From Trichosphaerium sp. ATCC 40318 (Eukaryota > Protista > Tubulinea): a stretch of 64,000 nt of DNA. The DNA lies in NCBI GenBank assembly GCA_038496445.1, contig JALMLS010000411.1, positions 1 through 64,000 on the forward strand, given 5' to 3'. Positions within the stretch are counted from its first letter, which is position 1, and each line of letters opens with the position of its first letter. Shown in pieces: positions 27,571 to 40,986 of this stretch. Position numbers and translations under genes: made by a program. The notes below the pieces were generated by a model. That model ran no database searches. It was given only the letters and a program-made list of their open reading frames with translations, and was not told the DNA's origin.

Positions 27571-30500
27571 ATGAGAAAGTCATCAAAAGCTTTTGACGAT
27601 GGCCCTGGCCGTTCGCACGTAACAAGCAAGACTAAAAAAAAAGCACGCATCAGAAACAGAAGGAACATCGACAATCGCCTCAAACATGGCCTACGACCAT
27701 ACGCAAAACCAAGAAATCCACTGAAACGCGAACTTGCTTCAGCCCCTAGTGCGTATTAATTACCCTGTCTCCATTCTAAGTCAAGCGTAGTACCTGATGT
27801 GAGGCCGCCTGAAGATCAAGAGGTATTTGTACCTATGGGTCCTCGCAGGTGCGTTACATTGCCTATTTCTTAATGCTTATACATACAGGGCGCCTATATT
27901 GGCTGCAGGCATCGATCCAGACATAGCAGATTTTCTTGACGGAAATGATGATTACGAGCCGTCTGAAATGCAAGCCTCGGAAGCACATAGAGCTGTAGAA
28001 GAGGTAAATTACCATTTTAGTGTATTTTACGTTTATGTTAATTTCGTTTTTTGTAGCTCGCGTCAATGCCTCCTAGAGATCTTCAAAACATGCTAGAAAA
28101 ATCTAAAATAGAAGAAAAAGAATACGAAAGAAAGTCTAAAGGCGTAGAGTTCTTGGAGAGTGCGTTTTACTTTTTTTTATTTTTGCAAGAATACCCAGCC
28201 TTTCAACTTGTTTTCTGACTACTTTCAAGATGAAACCAACTTGGAGCTACCACCTCACATGGTACGAGCATCTCTCAAATACTTGCTGCCAGACGTACTA
28301 ATACAGTATTAGCGCCCAAAAGCTACAGAAGATGATGACGAGAGCGAAGAAGAAGACTCTTCAGAATCCGAAACTACGAAGAATAGAGAAATGTTGGCTC
28401 GTCTTCGTGCTGAATCTAGAGCGGAACGCAAAGCAGCTAATAACACTGATGACAGTGAAGAGGAAGAAGATGATGATGAAGCTGAAGCTGAAAGAAATAG
28501 AGAGTACCAGGAAGCTGTAGCTGAAGAGCAGGAAATGCAAGAAGCTATGGAACATTTGAAGCACATTGATCCTGGATTCTACAAATACATCAAAGAGACT
28601 GATCCAGAACTCACTGAATTTACTGCTGTACCACCTGAGGATGATGAAGAGTTACCTTTCGGAGACGTAGTGCTAACAGAAGAAATGTTAGACTCATGGA
28701 AGAAAGGTTGTGTTGCAGTACGTACCAACTCCAAATTTTACTGTTTTTGGCATTTTTTTTTTTGCGTACGAGTGATGAGAAACTTTCATAAGAAGCTCGT
28801 AAGAGTATAATGCTTGATTTGTTTGATATCTGACACGCGTTTTTTTTTCAAAAAAAAAAGAAAAGAAAGATTAGAGGACCTGTTCTCAATCAATTACGAT
28901 TGAGTTACTTTTTTTATTTCAAGTATTTTTGAGTATTTTTCGAAAACTAAAAACGCGCTTTTTTTTTAGGGACAATGGCGTGCTCTTGCAAAGATTCTTT
29001 CTGCTTTCAGATCAGCTTGTCACTTGAAAGATCCTCCAGAGGAACTACAAGCACTACAATTAAAGTTTGTGATCAAAGACAGTCAAACCTACAACAGCGT
29101 CATGATGTTTTGTATTAAGCACATGCCAGCTATTTTCGGTATTTTCCTTGGTAGAAAACCAGAAAAAGAACACGTGTACGTCATCAAATCCTAAGATGTG
29201 TCTCTACACACAACTCTCTCCAACAGTGATGCTTATGTTTTTTTGTTTGTAGATTCATACCAGCCAAATACAGCAGATGGCCATCTATTCGAAAACCTGT
29301 TGTCAGTTTCTTGTCTTCACTTTTGAACATCCTCAAGTACATCGAAGACGAGTCAATGATTGTATTCATCCTAAAGAACCTCGCTGAAAGCGATGCTATA
29401 TCATGGATTGGATGCATACCTGCACTAAAGAGAGTATTCCTAAAGGTACGTACAACAAGTTTAAATGGAAATTCTGAAAAAAACGCGAAAAAACGCAAAA
29501 AAAAAAAGCGATGATTATGAAAACCCAATACGATTACTCTATTGAAGACAAAGATTTACCATAACTATCACTCTTGGCATCTGAGACTTTTTTTTTGAAT
29601 TCAATTCAAAAAACAATTGCAACTAGTAGTTTGTGTCATTTCTCACTTTTTTCGTCTCTGAAGGTCATGCTTGGTTACTGGAGTGAAGGAAGTGAACGTA
29701 TGCGTGTATTGGCATTTGTTATCATCTTGGAAATGGCAAAGAAGATTCCTTACCCTTTTATAAACGATTGCTTGCGCGTACGTTTATAATTTTTGCAAAA
29801 CAGGAAAAATCAAGTTGCTGCATGTTTTTACGTCTTCCTTTTTTGGGTGTCTGTCTAATCTTGTTTTTAGCAATCATACTACGTATACGTCAAGAACGCT
29901 AGAACGCATACACATGAGAATATGTCACGTATCACATTTATGAGAAATTGTGTTGTGGAGTTGTGCGGTGTAAGTTTTTTTTTGGTTTTTTGAAAAGTAT
30001 GTTTGTTGCTCTTTGTTCACACTCTATTTTTTTTAGATTGACTTTGCTACGACATACACCTATGTATATACCTACATTAGACAATTGACAATTGTTGTCA
30101 GAAATACATTGAAGGACAGACAGAAGGTAAGCAATCCAATTCCATTTTCAGCCTTTTTTTTAATCCAAAACCCAATGTTGTGCTAAAGATGTCTTCATTT
30201 AGAACCCTGTAAAAGCTGTCTTGAATTGGCAATTTTTCAACTCTGTACGATGCTGGGCTCACGTACTTTGTGCCTATCCAAACCAGGAAGGATTACAACT
30301 ATTGATTTACCCAATAGTGATGTTGATACAAGGTAACATCTCAACCCCTCCACTATCCAAAATATACCGTTCGTACTAACCAACCTTCTATAGCTGTATT
30401 ATCTCTTTGTGAGGGTCCACCATGGTGGCCAATCCGCCTGCAATACATTAGACTATTGAACCACATTGGAGCAACAAATGACGCCATTATTAGCGCACAG

Positions 30501-31685
30501 ACATATCTTTTACAAGTACGTTTAAAGCGCTAGCACTTTTCTTCTTTTTTCTTTGTGTACTATGATGCATTGCGAACGGGCGGACGGAATTGATGCCGTG
30601 TCGATATCTACGTTACTGACTGAGTTCAACACAAAAAAGAAAAAAAAAACCAAAAAAAACCAAAAAAAAACTCTTTTTTTTTTCGATTTGTAACAATGTT
30701 CGACTGACGGCGTTGGATTTAGATGCTTGAGTACAACAGATTCCTAAAAAAGACTGTATCAACAGAAGCTGCTGTTCCTCTATCCATGAACTGGCTACAA
30801 AACTACAAATGCCCAGAAAAAGACAAGAATAACCCAATTTATTTGGTACGTCAAGAGTTTGTCTTAGTGGACAAATAATTCCCTTTCTTTGTATCTCCAG
30901 TTTTGAGTAACATTGCAAACAGGATGGCGTTCTTGATCGTGTTATTGTTGGCTTAAAAGACTTTTACGGTACACACGCGTACTCTGCAGCCTTCCCTGAG
31001 TTGGTATTCCCTGGTCTCCGATTCTTGAAGCGTTTCGCGAAAAAGTGCAAAGAAAAGAAAAGAAGAGATAAAATAAGCGGCTTGACTAAGATGGTACGTG
31101 CTCAAGCTATTATATTTTGTAAATATCTAACAAATTGGTATCAATAGCTCGAGGAAAATGCTCGTAAAATCACTGAAGCCCGTTCTAACATCACAACACC
31201 TCCAAAAGAACTCATCAAGTTCAACTCGTTCCTCCTCGAAGAGAGAGAGAAGGGCAAGGCCTTGTCTAAACTACAAGCACATGGATTGAGGTTTAAACAA
31301 ACATCACAACGTGGTATCACTCCAGGTATGTCTGGCAAACTATCATGCTCTTTTTGGTTTTTTGTGCTGACTCTTTTTTTTTCTTCACAGATGACTTGCA
31401 AGTCAGGAAGATACTCGAACGCGAGCGAGCAAACCCAAATCAACGTGTCAAACGTGCCAGAAATCCAGAGAGACAAGAGCGTAGAAGACAGAAGAATATT
31501 CGCCAAAAAAGAAAAGCTGCACATGAAGATATTGACAAGCGAAGGTAAATACCAAAAAAAATATTTCATTCAAAAAGTTAACATGTTTTTTTTGTAGAAC
31601 CAAGCGACCAAGAGCATCAGGTGCCAAGCCTAGTAGTATTGTAAGAGACTTTACTTTGGATGATGTAGAGAGTGATAGCGAATAA
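27571..31685 (+). CDS. NOC2: Nucleolar complex protein 2 (60S biogenesis)
   Basis: LKHIDPGFYKYIKETDPELTEF, AFRSACH, FMRNCVVEL, YIRQLTIVVRN, NWQFFNSVRCWAHVL, YSAAFPEL. Confidence 0.92.
28764..28838 (+). ncRNA. Candidate box C/D snoRNA in a NOC2 intron
   Basis: Perfect box C GTGATGA (28772) and box D CTGA (28830) closed by a GCGT/ACGC stem, inside an unusually long intron. Confidence 0.6.
29504..29592 (+). ncRNA. Candidate box C/D snoRNA in a NOC2 intron
   Basis: Box C-like ATGATTA (29511), box D CTGA (29581), flanked by A-rich and T-rich complementary arms. Confidence 0.45.
30555..30632 (+). ncRNA. Candidate box C/D snoRNA in a NOC2 intron
   Basis: ATGATG (30562), internal CGGA and TTGATG (D'/C'-like), CTGA (30616/30620), flanking tttgtgt/acacaaa arms; GC-rich island in an AT-rich intron. 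Confidence 0.5.
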
Positions 31686-31822
31686 AACATGTATTAATAC
31701 CAACGTTTAATCAAGTTGTTAGTGCGACAGGGACACCCATTTATTGGGAGCACGTGTTTTATTCGAAAACGGAAAATATTTTTTTGATTTTGCGGAATGG
31801 AGATTTTAGCCAGTTCAATTTA

Positions 31823-33516
31823 TTAATGTACAAGGCACGGTTGTCCACGTTGGTCTGTTAGACCAAAGTAATAAGGTGAATGCTTATGAGGAGATGAAAG
31901 CTTGAAACTACTTCTACCAGTTGCACCACATGGGCATTTCTTTACTGAATGCCAGTATAAGACTTAAACAATTTTTTGTTGTTTAAGTTATGTAGCTTAG
32001 TCTACAGTGTTGTCGAAGTACGTTCGACTTCAGTTTTAAGTGCTGAAACTTTAGACCATTGGTCTTTTGCTTTTTTGGATTTTGTCTAAAGTAGAAGGTA
32101 AGGTCAATGTGCCCAGAAGATAGTTTTGGGAAAAGAAAGTTAATGGTTGTTTTTTTTGTACCTCAATTAATTTCGTAATTTCAGGGCTATTAAGCGGTGT
32201 TAGAAGCTGTTGTTTAGCATCACGCTCTGCTATATAATACAGCTCAAAGTAGAACTTTGCATATTCTGCAGAGTTCATAGTTACTTCGAAACTTAAAGCA
32301 CCTGACAAAAGTTAAGCCAAAAAAAAAAAAACTTAGTCGCAAAACAAATTCAAGGCATACTCAGAAAATAGCGCTCAACGCTGTTCAAGTCCTTCAATGT
32401 CACATCAGGAAATACACGCAGATAATCTACGTTCCAAACAGCATCTTCCTCCCATACTAACATTGGTATTCGATTAGCTATCAATAAAGTTGGATGCCGA
32501 TGTGAAGAATACCTTTTTCCGCTATCAATAGGGATCCAAGAACTGTACGGCGCCAGTTTGACGGATGTAGTGTCAAGTTGATTTTATTGCACAATCTGTC
32601 AATGTACACCTATTAAAAATGTGTCAAAAAACGTCACATTTCGAAGGAGGTCAAAACAAGACATACCATGCCCATAACACCAATTTCAGGGCTGAGTTCT
32701 TCTAACCGAAATATTGCCGACAAGAACTCTTGTATGTACTCACGAGTTGGGCAAATATCCCACAACTCCCTCTCCGTGATTGAGGCAGCATTCTTTGTCT
32801 ACGAAAGCCGAATATAAGCGAACAAATAGTAAAACGGTGAAACAACCGATAAATTGTACTGCCGGCTTTAATACTAACTAGTACATACCAAAGGATGCTC
32901 TCGTTCGTCTAGTATGTCTGGTAGTACAAAATTAGACTTATCGCAATCATCTCCAGTATTCTTGCGCATATTCCAATACAACGCTATACTCATGCTTTAT
33001 GTGGCTGTGAGTATAAAAAATACTCGATCAAAATAGTAAAAAGAAACCCAAAAAAGGGTGGCCCTGTTTGGGCCAAGAGTGTAAGCGTACCATCTGTGTA
33101 GTTCCGTCATGTTTGGGTTTGATACTGTACTGTCAATATACAATGACGTTGTAGAATTAGATTTAGGTATAACTGTCTGCTTTTTAATGAACTGCATGCG
33201 TCTAGAGTTCAGTATTGACGAGTATTTGTCCCGAGACGCTTTTTTTGGCGGTTTACCTACATAATACGCTCAGAATTGGTGTGTTTAGGAGTTGTGGAGT
33301 GTTTTTGATGAAAAAAAAACAACGCAAGTGTTTGTACCGCGTTTGATTAGTTCGCTCTCAAGCTGCGAGTCTGTTCTCTTTCTGTGTGGTACTAGTAGCA
33401 GTTAACAAACAGCTTTTTTCAATCTTGGTGCTATTCCGGCACGTACTTTCTTCCTCGTCTGCAAAGGACAACAAGTCAACCTCCAAGGGGAGTTCTTTGT
33501 GGGATAGCGGCTCCAT
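31823..33516 (-). CDS. CCNY: Cyclin Y-like protein
   Basis: KSNSTTSLYIDSTVSNPN, YIDRL...HPSNWRRTVLGSLLIAEK, WEEDAVWNVDY, DLNSVERYFL, SAEYAKFYFEL match cyclin Y; ends approximate. Confidence 0.88.
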
Positions 33517-33892
33517 AGGAATAAATCAAATACAATAGCTTGCAAATTACGTTGGTGCCCTTTAACGGACTTTAGAGGTGATGTCAGACGTTTTGGAAGT
33601 CCCAAAATAAGAGCCAAATGTAGTCACTTGTAGTATTTTCGCAACGCAATCAAAAAGGTATTTAAAACGTAATCAATATACTTCAATCATCTAGTTTATG
33701 TATATGACGCGTAATTGTAGCCCAAAACGCACCACATTCCAAAAAACCCAAAAATCATTGTTAACACGTGTGATGAATGTACCATATAGCGCAACTACGG
33801 AAAATAGAGCGTTATTGTGCGATACTGTCGTTCAAATGTTTTCAACATTTTTGGATTATTTTGGATTTAGTTAAAAAATCAGCAAGACAGCC

Positions 33893-36563
33893 ATGAGACT
33901 CACTCGTTTCACTAGAGGGTCTTCTAAATCGTACGCATACTACTACTGTTCGTCTTGTTCACTACAAATAGGGGAACTAAGAGCTCTAAATGGCTCAAGA
34001 CGCTTATTGTTGGAGGGTTAGCTGCTGGAGTTGTAGGAGCGTCTGTACTCCTTCAAAGTACGTTTTGTCTGTTGTTATAACCGCTTTTTTAACTAATCGT
34101 GTTCACAGCTGCTTATGCTGATGCTGACGAAGAAGGCGAAGATAAACCAAAATTAGTTGTCCTTGGTACATTATCAGTACAACACAAAAGTTGCTAATTC
34201 AGCGTAAAAAGGGAGTGGATGGGCTTCTACAGGCCTTTTAAAACAGCTAGGTGATTCATACGATGTTTCAGTCGTGTCACCCCGTACGTCGCGCCACGTC
34301 ACGGCTAACTACTCACACTGCGTAGGAAACTACTTTTTATTTACTCCTCTGCTTCCTTGTGTGACAGTTGGCTCACTAGAGGCAAGAACGCACGTAATTC
34401 ATTTTATTCCAAACGTACTCGTCTAACTCACAGGACAGCATAACACAACCAATCCGAGATTTTTTGTATGGAAAGAATACAGCAAAGTTTTATGAGGCTG
34501 CCTGCTACGACCTTGATGTTTCGAACAACACAGTGCGCTGTAGGGACGCCTCAGCAGTTGCTGGTGTTGCTGCTGATTTTACACTGCCGTATGACTATCT
34601 AGTTATGGCTGTTGGTTCAGTCAACAACACGTTTGGGTGCCCTGGTGTTGAAGAAAATGCCAGTTTCTTGAAGAGTGTAGAAGGTAGCCAAACAACATTA
34701 GAGAAGCTCTAACATGTACTTTTAGATGCTATTGGTATAAGGAAACAGATCATTGACTGCTTCGAAACAGCTAATAATCCTGGGTTAACTACAAAGGTAC
34801 AAACAGATTCCTACTTTTTTGCAACAATGACGCACATTATTTTTGTCCACGTGTTTTTTTGGCTAATACACTGTTTTCAAAGGAGCGAGAAGACATGCTT
34901 AGTTTTGTAGTTGTTGGAGGAGGTCCTACTGGCGTAGAGTATGCTGCAGAGCTCAGTGACTTTGTTCATGAAGATCTAAAGAAATGTAAGTATTACTGCA
35001 CAAGTCACGTGTCACGATTCGTTTTGTTTTGTTTTTATTTGAAGTGTACTTGATGTATCTTCGATTTACACTTTATGCTTAGTTTTCCCTGACTTGATTC
35101 CACATGTTAAAGTGCATTTGATTCAGAGTGGATCACATATTCTGAATACTTTTGATGAGAAAATAAGTATGTACACTGAGAATAAATTCGAACGTGACAG
35201 GATTAAAGTCATGACAAACCACAGGTAACCGCTATTTCTCATTATCACCCCACTGCTTTATTGAATATTGATGTTAACTATAATTTGTGTAGAGTACACG
35301 CAGTGAATAAAGACAACGTGACAGCGTTCTGTAAGGTACAACAACAACAAGGACTGGACATAAACAAAAAAATTAAACCAAGTCAAGTTTTTTCTTACCT
35401 TCAAATAGAAAACAAAGACGGAGAGTGCTATACCTTTCGGTCTTTGTGTTTGGTCCACAGGCGTGAAACCAAATCCTTTGGTTCAAAAAATAAAGTACGT
35501 TTATTAAGTTACGTGTCTCTAAGCGTTTGTTAACCATTTGAAAAAGAGATTCGATGCCACTTGTACAACGCAACAGAAACGGTTTATTGGTAACCATTGA
35601 ACTAACTTTTGCTTTTTGTCCATTAATACTTTTACTACAAGGTTGATGACCATCTTCTTGTGAAAGGAACAAAAAATGTATACGCTGTTGGGTACTTACT
35701 TTGATCTGTTTTTTTCTTTTTTTTTTGGTAAAAAACGGGATCATTCATTTGTTCCGATTTTACCTGTTCACTTTTTCATTAAATTTATGCATTGATTATA
35801 GTGATTGTGCTGTCTTGGATACACCAAAACTTCATGACCATCTTATTGAATTATTCCAAAACGCTGACGCGGATAAAAATAACGCACTAGATCGTACAGA
35901 GTTTGAAAAACTTTTGAAAGATGTAAACAAGACGTATCCTCAGCTAGCGACATATAGCAACAAAGTTGAAGATCTCTTCGGCAGAGCAGATACAAATAAT
36001 GATGGCGTTCTTTCATTAGATGAATTTGAAGAAATCCTTAGAGATGCTGATAAATACCTTAAAGTTCTTCCAACAGTACGTCCTATGCACCCAAAATTGG
36101 ACATCCCGTTTTTGTTGTTTTGAACTAATTCAACGTCCTTAGACTGCACAAGTTGCCTCTCAAGAGGGATCGTACATGGGAAAATCACTAAATGCAATAG
36201 CGAATGGCAGAGAAGCAAAACCTTTTGTCTATCACCACATGGGATCACTTGCGTATGTTGTCATGATAATGGATTTTTTCTTTTATTGATACACGTGTTT
36301 TGAGACTAACATATCCAAAAAGCTATGTTGGTAAGTCCGCTGTTGCTGAACTACCTGGAGATATCAAGGCAAATGGATTCTGGGTTTGGTGGTTATGGAG
36401 GGGTATATACTGGTCTAAACAGTTCTCATTCAAGGCGATGTACATGCTCTCTGTGGATTGGACAAGAGGTAACGAGAATTAACCATAATGTTATTGTGAT
36501 TATCATCTCTAATGCTTTTGTTTTTTAGCACTATTCCTTGGGCGTGACACTTCGAGATTTTAA
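33893..36563 (+). CDS. External type-II NAD(P)H dehydrogenase with EF-hands (NDB-type)
   Basis: [48 protein letters not shown] loops [13 protein letters not shown] and [21 protein letters not shown]. Confidence 0.94.
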
Positions 36564-37055
36564 GCGGTACTTACCACAGTATTCAAGACATTGGATATAC
36601 ATGACACTACAGCACAATAAACCAAAATTTTACCTTTGAAAAGCAATTGCTGTTGTTCTTTACTGTTTTCTAACTTAGCTAACACCACGAATCTCACTTA
36701 TTTGCACATATTTTGTTTTTGCTAATATGCTATGTGGGATTCTGTCACCTTCCTCGTGAGATAACGCCAGTGTCACTTTGAATTCTTTCTACGCCAAACT
36801 TCCAATAGAAGGCCTTTTGTAAGTTATAACATACATATCTAAGGTGTAATAAGGGGTTGTGTAGCTGGTGTAACCAGTAATAAATCAAGGGTCCAATCAA
36901 TAATGTAGAATGTTGTAAGTAAACAAAAGTTTTGTTTCATAATTTATTGTACACAGAGAAATGTGAGCGTAAGAAGTTACAATGCCTTTTCAATGGAAGA
37001 GTGTACTGGCATGCATTAAAAAGCAGCGCTATTGCAGGAATGGCAAAAAGATTAG

Positions 37056-37127
37056 CTCCCGATCGGGGAATCGAACCCCGAGCTCCCGGATGAGAACCGA
37101 AAATGTTAACCATTACACCAATCGGGA
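37056..37127 (-). tRNA. tRNA-Glu(CTC), copy 1
   Basis: Cloverleaf: TCCCGAT/ATCGGGA acceptor stem, loop TT-CTC-AT, GTTCGATTC T-arm, TTTTT terminator 7 nt downstream. Confidence 0.93.
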
Positions 37128-37227
37128 ATGCTTGATTTTCATTTGAAAAATATCTGTAACAATCCGTCACACCCCACCAGTACATTTTACTTAGCAGAAA
37201 TAACACGGATACATCCCTTGACACACA

Positions 37228-38382
37228 TCACCCGTTCTTTACCTTATGTTTAAGGTATGGCTCCATGCTTTGGAATGTAGCGCCTTCATCAAGAAAACAA
37301 ACGAGCCACAGTAACATGTGAACGCCAAGCATGAAGGACCCGAATCCTACAATAGCGAACGACATGCGTTCATACTCGTAAAGCGTACAAGTAAATTCAT
37401 GCACCTTTAAACAGTCAGACAAGAATCATGTACAAAGTTTGCTGTCGATTTGCATACCTCATATTTCATCATGACAAGTCCCCACACAACTACCCATATG
37501 AAGCACGTGAAATTAGTAGAGTGCCACCAAAACATGAGAGGATAGAATACAAGTCCTATCACGCCTATTATGTGACTGATACGTCGACGCAATCCAACTG
37601 ATTCAACGCAAATACTTTGCTGTTCATCATATTGTCTGCATATAGTGTTCGATAATGAACACGTGAGTGTCTCCATTTTAAATCCTGACCTACGACTTCT
37701 CTTCCATTCCTCGATTATTTCTTCTTCAGTTATGCCTTCACACTCAACATTATATGCTGTATAATTGCAATGTGTAGTGAGAGGCTCATTAGAGGTGTTG
37801 GCACTCACAAAATCTATCGTGGCATCTACAAAACAACATATAAGTCACCTTATCACGTGATACAAAAAAATTCTTGAAAACACAATAAACAACACAATAA
37901 GGCTTACCCCAAGCCCGTACCTGTGCAAACACCGTTTAATTTTGAGTCTCGTACGTCATAGCGTTGTATTTGGGAAAAGACAAAGGTGTGGTTGTAGATT
38001 TGTCGCCAATCAGGTGTTGTAGAACAAAAAAAGTTTATCTTGAAGTCGTATTTCAAAGCATCCCTTGTAAGTTCTGCATCATCCTCTCTTTTCGCCAGGA
38101 GCGCCATTAGAACAAAAACAAGGAAGATGCTAGGATTTGTTGCTGAGACTTTCCAAAATATGAATTTCCAGTTCCGTATACATCTAGAACGCGTAGAATT
38201 CTTGTTTAGGCAACCCTTGTATAGTTTAATGGTGCGTAGTCACATAATTCGCCAACTGATGTAAAGAGTTGCCTAAAAGCACTTACTTTCATACTTCTAT
38301 GCGCTAACGGTGTGTTTGTACTTTTGGAGGTATCCCTAGCGCTAAATGATTCATCACTCTCTTCATGCCATTTATTATACAT
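37228..38382 (-). CDS. Hypothetical multi-pass membrane protein with a Cys-containing luminal region
   Basis: Several in-frame exons joined by GT-AG introns; hydrophobic segments IIGVIGLVFYPLMFWW, FIWVVVWGLVMM, FAIVGFGSFMLGVHMLLWLVCF. Confidence 0.5.
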
Positions 38383-38505
38383 TATTGTGCTATTGCAACC
38401 ATTGGCTGCACTATACAGGCGCGTTACTGTTTTTTAATGGTCAAACGCAATTCTATCTACAATTTGATTTCCATTTGCAGCATTAGATAGGCTGCGCATT
38501 TATCG

Positions 38506-39002
38506 CTACTTGTTCTTCTGTAGTCTCCTCTCAAGCATTACAAATGCTTTTACACCTGGCTATCTAGTTAGACCTTACATTCTGTACTATGTACTTGGCG
38601 GCGTACTAGGATCCAAGTTGGGATCGTCCAACAAGTCACCTTTTACCTCAGGATCGGGTTTCGTAATTTCGCTTTTTTGGGCTTTCAAAGCCTCCTCATA
38701 GTCGTCCATTTCGTTTAGGTAAAGAATCTAAGCGTTTATTAAGCGTAGTTGCGGATTTCTCCGTACCCACACGCATTTGGCACAATATTGGCCACAACAT
38801 TCCCCTTCGCCTGGAGGCTCAGGCTTTTTAAGTGTCACATTACCTCTGGCAAAAAAGCATTACATAGTGCTTTAAGGGCGATTATGAACCCTACGTACGT
38901 TGTGGATGCGCGTACGGGGTTTTTCATACCATTTCGCACAGAATTTATCCTTTTTCTGTTTATTACGCGTAGTCCATTGTGTCTGAGCGCTGCTCGTAAC
39001 AT
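38506..39002 (-). CDS. OXLD1: Oxidoreductase-like domain protein, probably mitochondrial
   Basis: Arg-rich N-terminus, then KPEPPGEGECCGQYCAKCVWILYLNEMDDY; not present in the ORF track. Confidence 0.75.
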
Positions 39003-39130
39003 GCGCCCTTCTATTTGATTTTACTCACTGTAAGTTCAACGTGAGTACTGTTTGAAGTTAAGTAACTGCTGAAACCATTTGTGGTTACTAACAAGTTAGT
39101 ACTACACTCATAGTAACAACCTCAAACGCA

Positions 39131-40269
39131 ATGGCCGTAAAAAGTTTCATAGGTGGTTTCACTTCCTGCCCGCTTTACCGCCTTGGTTCGCAAACAGATA
39201 TTAGATACCTATTAAAAGAGGAAATGCCTGGTACAGAAATTACAGTACATTCTGGCCCAAAAGGTGAAGAAATGATACATCCAGAGCGACTGATACTCAA
39301 AAACGGCAAAGGTATCGTAATAGTACTGATTTCACCTCATATAGCCCCTAGCGTTACTAAAACAACTTGTCTTGCGTAGAACGCACCTAAAACCACTTTT
39401 GAAGTAACCGCAGCTAGTTAAAACGCTAATTTCCTTGTTTTAGAAGTAAGCACATACCAAGGCGTTTCCTTTTACTCTCACCGCCTCATTTACCCTCACA
39501 AGCATCGTTTTGTACTTCCATCTCGATCTGTAATACCTGATGGTCTTCGATTTTATCACAACCACAAGCACTGTTGGTACGCTGTACCAAAGGAAACGAT
39601 GCCTGTAGCCAAATATATCGACCTTTTAGAGGAATTTGGGTACGTCATAACATGTCAAATAATCACGTGATGGCGGTTACAATTATGTCAAAAACTCTGA
39701 ATTATTGACATTTTTTTTTGTTCAGAAAAGAACCTCCATGGGCACCTGATAGTATTGATGTTGACGATGGAAAATATGATGACATTGTGCCTTTATTTGA
39801 AGGCAAACAAATTGGAAGTATAAAGAACTATGTCGTAGAAGCAGTTAATACTCATATGAACATGCTCAAGGCTGCTGCAGCTGGTGATCCTTTATTCGAT
39901 CTAGCTATTCAAAAATACATGGCTATCATACGACAAATGGTGATTGAAGATGAGGGTATGCCATTGATGAAGTACATGGACGTCTCTAAAGTGAACTTTC
40001 ACTACATTACAGATTATTTTACAAAGCACAGACACGCCATAGGAGATGAAGGTATATACGAAATTAACGGTGTTGCTATTGACCAAGCCGACTTGGCTGT
40101 TGGTACTGCATTGCTACAAGTTTATGAGGAAGCAGCAGAAGCAATGGATAAGAAGAATGTAACAGATGATGAACTTCATACGTTCTTATTTCTGAGACCA
40201 TACTTTACATCAGAAATGGCGGAAGCGGCTGCTAAATCAAAAGGACCGGACATACCAGGTATGACGTAG
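39131..40269 (+). CDS. Tse2-like ADP-ribosyltransferase-fold protein with an acidic helical C-terminal domain
   Basis: LYRLG...GVSFY...FVLPSRSVIPDGLRFY...HCWYAVPKETMPVAKYIDLL after removing two GT-AG introns. Confidence 0.6.
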
Positions 40270-40484
40270 AAAATAAAAAAGCATTTGTACAAAATGACAT
40301 AACCGAATTGAATGATAAATTGACGATACACGTGGTCAATGAGGTGAAAAAGTTAAAGCGATGTAGTCACCAAAACGAATTATTTGAGAAACACGTGATT
40401 ATTTTCTTTTTTGGTTTTTGAAGTACTAGGTCACTTTCCTCGCAGTATTTGTGCCACTGTATCATGTAAAATGGATTATTGCGT

Positions 40485-40843
40485 CTATGGCAAGTCTGCA
40501 AATGATTTCTGCGGTTGGTTAAGTTTAACGTTATCAAAATACGACGTACTGGTGCTGGTGGTTCGCCAAGGTTAAGTTTTTTCTTGGTTTGGCGTCCAAA
40601 GCCTTTTTACAAACGCGTGTAAGAAATTATACATCCAAAAAAAAAGAAAACGTTAAAACGCGCGGTACCTGAGGTGGAATGAGCACCATGGTCATCGTGG
40701 TGCTTGTTAGGTGTCCATGTAACTTCTTTTTTGATCTGGATAAGAATTATTATTTGTCAAGGGGGTACTCATAGACGTCACACCTTTTTAGGTTGTTGTT
40801 CCTTTATCTTATTCTCAAAAAAATTCTTATGTGTCGATGCCAT
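40485..40843 (-). CDS. Four-exon microprotein of about 67 aa
   Basis: Three GT-AG introns join MASTHKNFFENKIKEQQPKK-IKKEVTWTPNKHHDDHGAHSTS-GFGRQTKKKLNLGEPPAP-KSFADLP*. Confidence 0.6.
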
Positions 40844-40986
40844 GATTACAAGCTTTTTTGGTTGAGCGTTGCTTAACCAAAAGCGTAAATTAAGAAATAT
40901 TTTGCAGAAAGGTATGTCATCAGTCAACCGTAAAGAATAAAGGAACTAACGTTTTATTGGAGCATGCATGATTGAAAAAAAAAAAA

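Noticed and set aside
28330-28560. GAA/GAT triplet-rich repeats (also 59030-59110)
   Set aside because: Ordinary acidic low-complexity coding sequence of NOC2 and NOC1
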